This document shows positions 1-13,175 of a stretch of 64,000 nt of DNA, piece after piece. Both the position numbers and the translations under genes were made by a program. Every line of letters starts with the position of its first letter. Positions within the stretch are counted from its first letter, which is position 1. The DNA comes from Octopus vulgaris (Eukaryota). The stretch covers positions 136,710,001 through 136,774,000 of the forward strand of contig OX597815.1 in assembly GCA_951406725.2 (NCBI GenBank), written 5' to 3'. The notes under the pieces are model-generated. The model was not told the DNA's origin. It ran no database searches and saw only the letters and a list, made by a program, of their open reading frames with translations.

Positions 1-61
1 GATAGGATGAAATATGGAATCACGTACACAATCATATATATATATATATATATAAATATAA

Positions 62-424
62 ATATGGCAAATGAAAGGCGGAAGATGGAATATACAAGAA
101 TATATTATAAATCACAATTGGTTCGGCACATCTAGCATCGATTCGTCATGGGTGGGACTCTCAACAACTTGTTCAGGAGCATCTAGCCGTGTAGATGTAT
201 ATCGTCGGTCGATAAATAAATATAACTCATTAAAATAACTATTACTATTTTCTAGAAAGAAAAGCAGCTAGATGAGTGAAGGCATCTCGAGAGTCGGTCA
301 GAAATTCTGAACCAGTTGTTGAGTGTCCCACATATGATCTATAGATGCTAGATGTGTCGAAACAATTGTTGTGATTAATAACAAATTCTCGTATATTCCA
401 TGTTCCGTCTTTTATTTGCCATAT
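62..424. mobile_element. Diverged fold-back element between (TA)n tracts, probable Penelope-derived
   Basis: 62-178 (tatggcaaatgaaaggcggaagatggaatatac...caacaacttgttcag) is the reverse complement of ~306-424. The right arm has GAAACAATTGTT, resembling HHR GAAA plus palindromic stem III; no clear CUGANGA. Confidence 0.6.
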
Positions 425-497
425 ACAAACGTTCACTGTAAAATTGACTGTGCTGTACGAGTAAGCTACCGGGTGTAAATTATTCGTTTTATTGTCC

Positions 498-569
<72 letters not shown>

Positions 570-708
570 AATTAGAGAAAAACCACTGGAATGTAATCTA
601 AACATTCATATAGAAATATCATATAGAAAAATAAAATATATTATAAAACATATATCTAGATCACAAAATGTACATAATAATGAATAAACATTATATAATA
701 TGTAAAAA

Positions 709-810
709 GACTACGTACGTTTCGTGGCTATAACTTCAATTCGAATTACGATTAAATTTAAATTTTATCCAAAAACAATTCAATTTAAAATTATAGTCAC
801 TCCTCAGGTC
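709..810 (-). ncRNA. Type-I hammerhead ribozyme motif (left arm)
   Basis: Minus strand reads gac-CTGAGGA-gtgactata...tatagccac-GAAA-cgtacg-TA-gtc. Confidence 0.75.
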
Positions 811-1370
811 AACAATAATAACAATAATAGTTAAATAAATACATATTTTTAATAAATAATAAAATAGAATTAAACAATTTTTTTTAAAGAAGTAAAAACA
901 TGATTCTCCTTATAGAAGAAACTCCGTTAACTAAATTTGAAACTTAAAAAAGTAGGGCCAGGTGTCTATAATACATTTATCATGCTAAAAACCTAAGGTA
1001 AAAGATAGAGTAAATACATAGAAATATGTATGTTATCTGTGAAGATATACTTTAGCTTTGAGAATAATTTTAACAAACTATAGTATATCTTTACTGGAAA
1101 ATAGAGTAAATAGATAGAAATATGTATTTTATCGGTGAAGAAATAATAGGGTAATATATATGATTATTGATTGAAAAATATGGCTTTCTATTTTTGTTTA
1201 TTTAATTATAATATAGATAAGTACATTTATTTAATTATTCTTATTATAATAATTATTATATATGAACTAAAATCTAAAAGTATTAAGTTTGGTTTCTTTG
1301 TGAATTAGATTGTGACATAAAATAGTTTAGTATAGGTAGTGTAAAGTTTTTATATTTTGTACTATTGAAT

Positions 1371-1405
<35 letters not shown>

Positions 1406-1406
<1 letters not shown>

Positions 1407-2280
1407 TTGACCAGAAGCAAACCCATCAGTGGCTACGGAGTTCAGGGCTAAAAGCAGAGAGCGAAGGTTTCATCCTGGCTGCTCAAGATCAAAGCCTATT
1501 AACCCGGAACTACCAGGCCAATGTGATGAAAAATGGAGCAGACCCAAAATGCCGATTCTGCAACGACATGATTGAAACAGTGGACCACCTAATCTCTGGA
1601 TGTAATGTCTTAGCACCAGTGGAGTATAAATTAAGACATGACAGAGTTGGCTAATATCTACACTGGCTAATAAGTCGGCATTACAATATCAAAACTGCCG
1701 ACAAGTGGTATAATCATCACCCTGAAGCTGTAACTAAAGGAGAAAATGTAACCATTCTGTGGGACTTTCCAGTACATACAGACCGAACCATCAAAGCCAA
1801 TAAGCCAGATATTGTTGTGAAAGACCAAAACAATAAAATTTGCTTATTGATCGACATGAGCATCCCCTGTGATCATAATATCTCAGCGAAAGAGTTTGAC
1901 AAGCTCAGAAAATATAAAGACCTGCTCATTGAAATTGAGAAAATGTGGCATCTCAAGGCGGTTACAATACCAGTGATCGTAGGAGCACTAGGAATGATCA
2001 AGAGGGGAACCGACAATTATATGAGAATGATCCCTGGCTTACCATCCCTGCAAGAAGTGCAAAAGATTGTTATAACTAGTACATCACACGTATTGAGAAG
2101 AGCATTGTCGATGTGAGAACTATTACTACCCATGTATTTTAATTTAACGTAAAAAATATGAACGAACTAGTGCGTTTAGTTTAATGGCTTACCAATGTAT
2201 ACTATGAGTTTCTTTGCCCTAGGAGTAAGGAAGACACTCGGCAAGAAATGGAAGCAAATTTGAAAGAAGAAAAAAAAAAG
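1406..2280 (+). mobile_element. 5'-truncated R4/Dong-clade non-LTR retrotransposon (zinc knuckle + restriction-like endonuclease), pseudogenised
   Basis: Translation gives EGFILAAQDQ...CRFCNDMIETVDHLISGC...RHDRVG* (in-frame stop), then KPDIVV...CLLIDMSIPCD...KYKDL...PVIVGALG. Flanked on both sides by (AAT)n, the known Dong target type. Confidence 0.85.
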
Positions 2281-2295
2281 ATAATAATAAAAATA

Positions 2296-2350
<55 letters not shown>

Positions 2351-2353
2351 TAA

Positions 2354-2772
2354 TTGTCAGAGATCATAGTTGTTAGAGATCATGAAGAAAAAAGATGCTT
2401 TCTCATTGATGTATCAATACCAGCAGATGACAACGTGTCTATAAAAGAAATGGAGAAACTTTCAAAATACAAAGACCTGGAAATACAGGTAACTACAATG
2501 TGGAATCTAAAAACAGAAACAATTCCTATCATAGTAGGTGCATTAGGCATGATAAAAAAAATATTCAGACAATTACATAACAAAACTACCAGGACTTACA
2601 AACACATATAGCATACAGAAAATTGCACTACTGGGCACTACACACATCCTACGCAAAACACTTTCAATAGAGTAACCATCAGAGCATCACATCAAAACAC
2701 AGCACATACCCAAGGCACACAGAGCTGCGCTCGTTAGTGAAGTGAAAGTACGATATAAAAAAAAACTACTGA
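2354..2772 (+). mobile_element. Second R4/Dong-type 3' fragment (different subfamily)
   Basis: IIVVRDHEEKRCFLIDVSIPADDNVSIKEMEKLSKYKDL...IPIIVGALG, followed by a 3' UTR ending in (AAT)n. Confidence 0.85.
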
Positions 2773-3159
2773 ATAATAATAATAATTATTATTATTATTA
2801 TAATACATACTTTTCCATAAATAAATTTATAAACGCTAATACATTTTTAGTTTTGAATTTTTGAATTTTTTATTTCATAAATATCTTCCGAAAGATAAGT
2901 ATATAATATTTATTTTAGATGTAATGGTGTAATTCATTTATTTATATGTTTATTGATTGAAAAAATATGGATTCCTTATTGCTTTATTTGTTAATTATAA
3001 TTTAGATAGGTACATTTATTTAATTATTGTTAGTATTATAATTATTATATGTGAACTAAAATCTAAAAGTATTAAGTGTGATTGATTTGTGAAATAGTTT
3101 GCAACGTAAAATATTATAGTATAGTTAGTGAAAAGTTTTTATTTTTTATACCATTGAAT

Positions 3160-3217
<58 letters not shown>

Positions 3218-3236
3218 TAATAATAATAATAACAAT

Positions 3237-3316
<80 letters not shown>

Positions 3317-3987
3317 TAATAATATGTACTTTTTTCATGAGTAAATTTAAGAACGCTAAGTAATACGTTGTTAGTTTTTAAATATCTTCGAAAAGATAAG
3401 TATACAATTTATATGATTGTTGATTTTAAAAATATTGATTTCTAATTTTCGATTTTTGATTTTTTGTTAATTATAATTTAGATACGTAGATGTATTTAAT
3501 TATTCTTATTATTATAATTAGTATATGTGAACTATGATCTAAAAGCATTAAGTGTGATTGCTTTGTAAAATAGTTTGTAACGTAAAATATTATAGTATAG
3601 GTAGTGAAAAGTTTTTATTTTTTGTACTATTGAATTTAATCATAATATTAACTACTTTTGTTATTCCCTTTATAAGCGAAGTATTAGATCTAGACATATA
3701 AACGCTAAGTTATACGTTTTAATTTTAAATATATTTAGTTCATAAATATATTCGAAAAAATAAGTATACATTTTATTTAATAAATAATGGTGAATTTATA
3801 TAATAATTGATTAAAAATATGCATCTCTAATTTTTTATTTGTTAATTATAATTTAAGATACGTATTTTTATTCTTATTATAATTATTATATAAGAACTAA
3901 AATCTAAAAGTATAATTTGTGGTTGTTTTGAGAAATAGTTTATAACGTAAAATATTATTGTATTTTTTTCTTTATATACTATTGAAT

Positions 3988-4120
<133 letters not shown>

Positions 4121-4767
4121 TAAGTACTTTGTTTATTTTATCAATGAGTGAAATATTTGTCCGAGGCATAAATTAATTTACTTATATAATAATTTGAAAT
4201 TTATTTGTGAATATATTGTTGAAGTGTATACAAAATACTATTGCAGGGTTGTGGCTACAACGCTGTTGATATAAGATATATTATAAGTCTACAATGTATT
4301 GTATAGAGTTTAGTACATAGTTAGTATCGGATCAAATTAGATGTTAATTTAATTAATAAATTAATATATAATTCATTTAATTAATAAATATAGATTAAAT
4401 TATAGTAATTTAGCTTATCTTGAGCATATGGTTTATTTTAACTATTTTTATTTTTATTTTTTGGACTCTTATATTTTTCCAGTAAAGATATACTATAGTT
4501 TGTTAAAATTATTCTCAAAGCTAAAATATATCTTCACAGATAAAATATGTATTTCTCTCTATTTACTCTATTTTTTTTTACCATAGGTTTTTAACATGAT
4601 AAATGTATTATAGACACCTGGTCCTACTTTTTAGGTTTCAAATTTAGTTAACGGAGTTTCTTCTATAAGAAGAATAATGTTTTTACTTCTTTAAGAAATA
4701 TTTTTTAATTGTATTTCACTATTTATTAAAAATATGTATTTATTTAACTATTATTGTGATTATTCTT

Positions 4768-4863
4768 GACCTGAGGAGTGACTATACTTTTAAATTGAAT
4801 TGTTTTTGGATAAAATTTAATTGTAATTCGAATTGAAGTTATAGCCACGAAACGTACGTAGTC
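4768..4863 (+). ncRNA. Type-I hammerhead ribozyme motif with long stem II (right arm)
   Basis: Stem I gac/gtc; core CTGAGGA 4771-4777; stem II gtgactata/tatagccac; GAAA 4849-4852; palindromic stem III ACGTACGT; predicted cleavage after GUA at 4860. Confidence 0.8.
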
Positions 4864-5720
4864 TTTTTACTCATTATATAATGTTTATTCATTATTATGT
4901 ACATTTTGTGATCTAGATATATGTTTTATAATACATTTTATTTTTCTATATGATATGGTTTATGTCTATCATTGTCTGAATTACATAATGGCGAATTTTC
5001 TCTAATTTATACATATTATATATTTATATTGTGAAATTTGATCAGGATATTGAATATGTTAACACTGTTTTACTTAAGATGTCGGCTAATTGATGTTTTC
5101 AAAAGTGTTCACACGTTTAATGCAGTTTGAAAAGAATATCCTTTAGCTCATGTTGGAATAAAAAGTAACGTAAAAGAGAGGTATTAATCTTGTCTTTAAA
5201 AACATTGTTATTACAGACAAGGCCTAAACAAATTCTAAACAAATTTCAATTCTTATTAAATGTTAGTATAATTCTTTCAGATATATCTACAGTTACTTGC
5301 ACATATTTAGGCAGGTTGAATTGACAAAAGTTGCACCATAAGTAGGCATCATCATGTGAAATTCCTGCAGAAGATCATATATGCCGTACAGAGATCTGCA
5401 TACAAGAGCATGCTATTCAATGCCTAACAGATTTTGCTACCACCTCTCACTCTCTCTCTCACTCTTTCTCTCCCTTCCTCTCTCCCTCTTTATACCCTCT
5501 CTTTCTCTTTCTCTCTCTCCCTCCTCTCTCTCTGCATATAAATACATATCAACATATAAATACATATATGCATTAACATATGTATATACACACATATATA
5601 TATATATGAACACACATACGCACGCACATATACATATATATGTGTGTGTGTGTATAAGTGTATATATATATGTATATATATATATCTACGTATAGATATA
5701 CATATATATATATATATATA

Positions 5721-5798
<78 letters not shown>

Positions 5799-5799
<1 letters not shown>

Positions 5800-6375
5800 A
5801 AGGAAATGAAGAAAATGCTGACAAAATAATTTAAGTAAGGGAGAGTGTATTTAATTAGGTGAAAGTTCTTTTTTTAAACAAAAAAAGAGAAAAATTGGGT
5901 TAGAATACAATGTTCATTTTTTGTGAATGATTTCAGTGTATAAGAAAAAAAGGAAGAGTCTTTTACAGTGTTCTGTTGCAGAATAAAATATTTAGTAAAA
6001 GCGTGTAATATACAGTTTTTGTGGAAAAGTTCAATGTCAGATTTCAGTGTAGAATAAAAAAAAAGTAAGAGTTGAATGACTTAATGCACAAATTTCGAAA
6101 GAAGAGAGAACAACAAATCTGTAGCCGGTCATTTTATTCTACACAAAACTTTATTCCACAAAAAACTGTATATTACACGCTCTTATTCTGCAACAGAACA
6201 CTGTAAAAGACTCTTACTTTTTTCTTATACACTGAAATCATTCACAAAAAATGAACATTGTATTCTAACCCAATTTTTCTCTTTTTTTGTTTAAAAAAAG
6301 AACTTTCACCTAATTAAATACACTCTCCTTACTTAAATTATTTTGTCAGCATTTTCTTCATTTCCTTTTTTATAT
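5799..6375. mobile_element. Young fold-back element (~250-bp near-identical inverted arms) between (TA)n tracts
   Basis: aaggaaatgaagaaaatgctgacaaaataatttaagtaagg... at 5800 is the reverse complement of ...ccttacttaaattattttgtcagcattttcttcatttcctt ending ~6367. No complete HHR recognised. Confidence 0.85.
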
Positions 6376-7247
6376 ATCACAACTCGTGTTCCACATCTCC
6401 TTTTTTAAATATATATATATATATATATATATATTCATCTATATATTGTGCATATAAATTAAAATGAATATGAATGTGTGCGCGTCTGATAGAGCTAACG
6501 AGCAGAACAAAAGCCTAAACCTTTACATAGTACTTTTCACTAACGGTTTGGAAAAATTACAACAACAATGAAAGCGTTCGAATTTAGAAACATCTATTCA
6601 GTTCCTAATTAAACCCTTCGTGGCAATAGCATTAATTATTGAAAAAATAATTTTAAGGTATCTCATCGCCGTACTCTAAATTCAGAAGTATCGATAGATC
6701 TCGACCTATTCATATTCTACTCACATTAAAAAATTTGAATACATAATTCATGACAAAAGCGACAATCTTCACGAAACATCCATTTATTTCCAGTAATATC
6801 TATTGCATTCCTTCGAAAGTGGGGGCTTATTTGAAACATTAGTATGCGATAAGCTATCAGTTATATGCATATATTACGGCTTATCTTAAATAACAGTGAA
6901 GATTACGTTAAGCCGGGTGAATGACTTAATGCACAAATTTCGAAAGAAGAGAGAACAACAAATCTGTAGCCGGTCATTTTAATCTGAAAGCTTAAACAGC
7001 TAATAACTTCACAATCCATGTCTTACAATAGAACTACTACCCAGACAATCAGAGAGAGGAAAACAGGAAAAATCTTTTATATCTAACTCGATACTATTCA
7101 TTACACATGGTTTAATCAAACATGGGGTATTAGTGATCACACTGAAGAATTTCAAAAGGTAACGATCTATAGAGATATACTTATAGATCGTGTATGTATA
7201 TATCTATATACATATATCTTGTATGTATATATATATATATATATATT

Positions 7248-7289
<42 letters not shown>

Positions 7290-7370
7290 GATAGATATAT
7301 ATATAAGTACACACATATATACATATCTGTGTGTAAATATGTACACATTGGTACACACAAACATACATTC

Positions 7371-7401
<31 letters not shown>

Positions 7402-8320
7402 CATACATACATACATACATACATGCATGCATATAAAATATACAGTAAGAGATGAATAACGATTCATGCACTGCATATGTTTCCAGTAAGTTATTTTTAT
7501 TGATGAATAGAAATATGACATCTTACGGAAAAAAACGTTTTCATCAGGTGAATATACACGAATTACGTAATTCAAAAAAACATTCCGAATATCACCAGTT
7601 CCTGCCACTTCACGATTCCCTGAGCAGTAATAGTGTCAGGGAATTATTAAGTGGCACAAACTGGTGATTTTTGGAATGTTTTTAAATGTGTAATTTATGT
7701 ATATTTACCTTATGGTAATGATTTTTTTGCATGATGTCATATCTGTATTTATCAATAAAATCCCGTTTGAAACAGCTGTAGTGAATGAAACATTATCTTT
7801 CTCTCGTTATTTATTCACCATACTCGGAATGTATCATTAGCGTGGATTCGGACTCTATTGAATGCAGTACAATTGGTCCAATGAACACCCCTAAATATTG
7901 CTGTGAGACTCATAGTACACTTTGTCGGGTGCAGTCAATTGTATATACAACTGGAATAATAATAGTCTTTCCGTACTTCAGTATGTAGTTATTTCTTCCT
8001 CTGATTTCGTTGTATACACGATTTCTTTTTCTCTTTATCCGACCCTGTGCTTTACCATTTAAGTACATGATTCACTTGAATCCTGAACATTTATAATACT
8101 TTTACACACAAATTCATGCACGCACACGCAAACACACACAGTTCCTCAATCTTTGTATCTGAATAATGCTTATAATTCTTCAATGTAACTCTTTCGACTA
8201 CTTTCAAAATCTGCTGCTTGATTTTAGAAAAGAGAAACCATACAGACATCGCTCTCATTGGCCAATCTATCATATACCATTATAAGTGAGAAATATTGTA
8301 ATTTTTTTAAAGACATATCG

Positions 8321-8533
8321 GTTTCTACAGTTTAAGAGATGAGGAATTATGTACATCATTTATATTATTTACATTTGACGGATATTTGTCCTCGTCGTGT
8401 TTGTTGTTCAGCCTTCATCAGGAGTCTTGGGGTAATTTCTCATTCCTAAAGTATTATTATCATCATTATTATTATTATTGTTGTTGTTGTTGTTGTTTTA
8501 ATGCTGTTGTTATTATTATTATTATTATTATTA

Positions 8534-8601
<68 letters not shown>

Positions 8602-8627
8602 TCACTGCGTGGAATCGAACTCGGAAT
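8321..8627 (-). mobile_element. tRNA-head/(AAT)n/HHR-tail composite SINE, minus-strand copy with internal deletions
   Basis: B-box (ggaatcgaactcggaat 8611-8627), then (TAT)n 8452-8597, then tail homologous to 8947-9070 and 20115-20290. CTGATGA retained (tcatcag ~8415-8421); GAAAC segment deleted. Confidence 0.7.
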
Positions 8628-8808
8628 GGGATTAGTAATAGAAGCAGCACATATGCTAGAACACAACATCCTCCTAAGCTGGAAGGGTAGAAGAATATTA
8701 GATATATAAGTCTTAAAATGGGATTAGTAATAGAAGCAGCACATATGCTAGAACACAACATCCTCCTAAGCTGGAAAGATAGAAGAATATTAGATATATA
8801 AGTCTTAA
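8625..8808. repeat. 92-bp tandem duplication
   Basis: aatgggattagtaatagaagcagcacatatgctagaacac... at 8625 and 8717, about 2 mismatches. Confidence 0.9.
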
Positions 8809-8837
8809 AATTCACTCCATAATTGCTCACGGACATA

Positions 8838-9070
8838 TGGCGTAGTTAAGAGCGTGGTTAAGAGCGCGGGCTCCAAGATTCCGAGTTCGATTCCAGGCTG
8901 ACCTGAATAATAATAATAATGATAATAATAACAATAATAATAATAACTTAGGAGTGAGAACCTATGTTCGAAATTTCCCCAACAGACCTGATGAAAGCTG
9001 GAGGAAATATCAACCGAAACGTTATGTTAACAACAAACAAGGACAAATAAACGTCTAATGTAAGTAATAT
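8838..9070 (+). mobile_element. tRNA-head/(AAT)n/HHR-tail composite SINE
   Basis: A-box-like tggcgtagt..ggttaagagcgc (8838); B-box gagttcgattcc (8883-8894); (AAT)n 8906-8946; then CTGATGA (8988-8994)-aagctg..caacc-GAAACGTT (9016-9023). Confidence 0.75.
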
Positions 9071-9507
9071 CAGCTTCTATCCGAAAATATGAGGTATTAA
9101 ATCGCTGCAGATAATCTTGAAAATATATTATTTTGATATTAAGTCCTGTTCTACAGAACAGCTGGTGTGCATAACTTTTTCTCACGACCAAAGTTTTTAA
9201 CTGTTACCATCTTGATTATCATTTGGAAATTGTTGGGCATTATTATTCTTTCTGCGATCTCTTGTCGCATTTCAGCTTTATAGATATTTATATAACTTTT
9301 ATATGACCTTTCAAAAACGGCTCATTCAAAAAAGGCTCTTACTTTCTGTTATTCAAAGTAATTTCATTTGATATTTATGTGTAGCCAACTATTCGTCATC
9401 AATAAGTTGTATTATCTAACAGGCTCCATTTATTTTGAAGTGACATAAACTCTTGTCTACTTAGATTTCGATGTAAATTTCGTTAATGAAAGCGGTATCG
9501 AAGCAAG

Positions 9508-9555
<48 letters not shown>

Positions 9556-10563
9556 GTGTGTAAACAGGTTGAACTATATTTCGTCCTTTTATTTTGGAGG
9601 GTTCCAAAAAACGATTTCTAATAAGGATTCTTCATATATTGCTCGTAGCTTACTGGCGTAAGTTTGGGAATATGAAATTAATATTTGTATAATGTATGTT
9701 ATGTGAATTTATGGAAAAGCATCCCATAGAACTCAACAAATTTGTTAAAAATGAAGAAGAGAATTTTAATACATGCATACGATCGTTTCAAACAGCGATA
9801 TTAAAACATTCAAATTCAGCTGTAAAATATAGTTAAATATCAGCTGTAAAATATGCATACATACATACATACATACATACATACATACATACATACATAC
9901 ATACATACATACATACATACATACATGCATGTATATGCACACACACTCACTAACCCATACACATGCGCAGAAACAAACAAAAAGGAACGCAGTGTGAATA
10001 ACGGTCAGAGTCAAAACTATTGAAAAGGTTGCAAGACGCAACGAAAACTTTAGAAAAATAAAGGATATAAGTGGAAATTTTATCGGTGAGTGTGTTAAAT
10101 TATAAGGCACTAAAAGAGAATGACTCTCCCCAACACAACAGTATATGCTTCAATACACGAACTCACATGAAGAATCTTGTAACTCAAATCCAAAAACGAA
10201 ATATATATATATAGTTCCGGCCAATCAGTTACCAAAGAAGCAGATTTCAACTCAAACCAGCAGTAACTTTTCTTGTTTTTAGTCCCAGAACTCTGGAATT
10301 CTACTACACTACTATTTTACAATCATTAGAGGATAAATTTACACAAATTTATATACAACCCGGAGAAACAAATATAAACCAAAACTAAACACAAGACTAG
10401 TTCTAAAACTAGTCCCGTGAGTACAATACTTAAACACACCGCTCATTCTGATTTGTACTAAATACACTAAACTTTTCCCCACACACCCAGATATAGCCAC
10501 GCATTTCCGAATATATCAACACAAACTTTTCGACAGTGCATTCACTATTATAACTGACATACA

Positions 10564-12356
10564 GTGTATGATACTGTCCCACTGAATATGGCCAATAATA
10601 TTCTAAAACGGAACTGGGTAGATAATGAAATCAGTGCACTGATAAACGCTTGGTGCACTCTCCATAACGATTGTGTAAAAGCTAATGTTTACTGTAAAAT
10701 CGCTGAAAAATTAGCGTCAAAATCCTTTTACAGATCTTTTCATACTTTACACGCGCACATGTCAACATTAGAAGCCATAGTTGTCAACGGATGTAGTCCA
10801 CCAACTGGCCCAACTCCAACAGGTCAGGGGCCACTTCAACGACCCGCTAGCCAGTAACACACAACAGTCTTATTGATATCGTTATCTGACCTAATTCCAC
10901 TCAACACTACCGCGGCAGGCCAGGACTCATTACCACAACAACAACAGCCTGCTACTGCTACTACATTGGAAGCACCTTGTTTGGCACCAGTATCTGACCC
11001 GATTCCATCCAGCCCTACTGTTGCAAGTGGGGTTTCACTGCCACTACAACAACAACAACAGTCTGCTACTGCTACTACGAAAGGACCACTGACCAACGAG
11101 CCAACCAGTACAGAATAACCTCTACTATGCACACGTCAAAAGCCCTATCGTTACCATTCTCAAGGCAACTGTAGATTTGGCCCCAGCGGCACCAACAACA
11201 AGGGACGCTGTGCTTTTTTCCATCCTACCTTATGCCGTAGACTTGTTAAGGGCACCTGTCCATATGTTATAACGGAAAAAACTGCCCCCACTTCCACCCC
11301 AAATACTGTCCTAAATACAGAGTCCATAGTCCTGATCCTAAATATGGATGCACAAAATGCAATGGATGCACCTTCTTCCATCCTAAACTGGGCCAAACGT
11401 CTGTGTCACAAAGGATGTGCTTGAACCCAGAATGCAACCACCACCATCTGAAGGACACAAAACGATCGAAAAATAAATATAAACAGCAACAGAGGAGACC
11501 TACGACAACAAAAAAAAACAACAAAATACAACCAGATTTCACCTCCTACAATCATACAACGAAGACAGAATTATGGAAAAACCATAACACCAAATAACAT
11601 AAATATGAACTGTGTATCCTCTGACCAAGTGAGAAACCAAAGAGGCAACTCCTTTTTACTAATTTATCTAGAAAATATGAAGGCCGACCTAAGCCAGGAG
11701 ATCTAACGAGCTATCAGCAACCATTTATGCAAATCACAAGAACACACATCCACTACCAACTAGAAAATCATACACACACAGGTCCATACAAAACTACCCT
11801 CATTGCTACCACTGATCAATATAAAACATAACTTAGGACAATGCAAACATCAAACTACCCTTACCTCGACATTCTTGTTAAATGTACGTGGCATCAACCC
11901 ATCAATCATTGCCCAAAAATGGAAGATCCCATATATAGAGAGTTGGCCTCCCGTTATCCTTACTGAAACTCACCTAAACAACACACATATGGATGCCGAG
12001 GTGAAAATAAAAGATTTCACCATCATCCGTGCAGATCGCACAGACCGAAATAAAAAGGTGACCGCCATCTTTCTCCATGACCCCTTTTCAGTTGATGCCA
12101 AGGACACATTTTCCAATGGCTATTGTGAATCTATATCACTATTCAATAAGGCCAAAGACATAATCATTGTTAGTCTTTACAGACCTCTCCAAGCCTCTCT
12201 AAAGTGCTTTGAAGAGTGCCTCAACAAAATCAAGTCCTTCCTTCAAAAATACGGAAACATACTAGTGGTGGGTGATTCTAACCTCCCTCATATAAACTGG
12301 CCCACAAATACTTTGAAGTTAGACAAATGCTCTACATCAGATAAAGCAACAATATG
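10564..12356 (+). mobile_element. Degenerate CR1/L2-group LINE 5' part: ORF1 (Myb/SANT-like segment, CCCH-type Cys/His repeats) and APE endonuclease of ORF2
   Basis: ORF 11803: LLNVRGI...ILTETHL...IIRADR...SLYRP...VVGDSNLPHINW are APE motifs. 11125-11450 encodes C..C..FFHP repeats with frameshifts. Truncated at (TA)n ~12363. Confidence 0.8.
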
Positions 12357-12359
12357 TGT

Positions 12360-12402
<43 letters not shown>

Positions 12403-12637
12403 TTATATATGAGGATAATATCGATATTTAAGTATCAAAATTATCAAGTGGCCAGCATGAAAGAAATACCTCACAGAGGTAAAAAAATTTTTAACAATTA
12501 AAAATGAGGGTGTCTAAAAGACACCAACATGCCGAAATAGCAGTCGAAATTCTGACTATAAAACCACGTTAAATGTTCATATCGTACCATGAGGTAAAGC
12601 GGAGGGACAAAGCATACAAGCAAAAATTATTGAATAA

Positions 12638-12695
12638 TTCAAGATCCAAGGATTTCTGGTTCTGCTTTAAATAAGCTTTACCGTCATCAATTGAA
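12638..12695 (-). ncRNA. Hammerhead motif (C3U core variant), unit 1
   Basis: Minus strand: ttcaa-TTGATGA-cggt...acca-GAAA-tccttgga-TC-ttgaa. Stem I ttcaa/ttgaa; predicted AUC cleavage. Confidence 0.65.
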
Positions 12696-13117
12696 TATAT
12701 CAAGGGTACATAAATACAGATATATATATGCACAGCAAACGATATACTTACATATACGAGCGTCGTACATACATACATATGCACGTATGGACACAGCCAG
12801 TTGAATCGCCCGCCAAATCACCGCATAATCACGATATGGTTAAAATAAGCACCGCAGTGAATATAATAACGAATTATATAAATTTATATATGAGGATAAT
12901 ATCGATATTTAAGTATCAAAATTATCAAGTGGCCAGCATGAAAGAAATACCTTACAAAGGTAAAAAAATTTTAACAATTAAAAATGAGGGTGTCTAAAAG
13001 ACACCAACATGCCGAAATAGCAGTCGAAATTCTGACTATAAAACCACGTTAAATGTTCATATCGTACCATGAGGTAAAGCGGAGGGACAAAGCATACAAG
13101 CAAAAATTATTGAATAA

Positions 13118-13175
13118 TTCAAGATCCAAGGATTTCTGGTTCTGCTTTAAATAAGCTTTACCGTCATCAATTGAA
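13118..13175 (-). ncRNA. Hammerhead motif (C3U core variant), unit 2
   Basis: Identical to 12638-12695, 480 nt away. Confidence 0.65.

Noticed and set aside
8838-8900. tRNA gene
   Set aside because: A/B boxes present but no cloverleaf (anticodon arm deleted, internal duplication); it is a SINE head.
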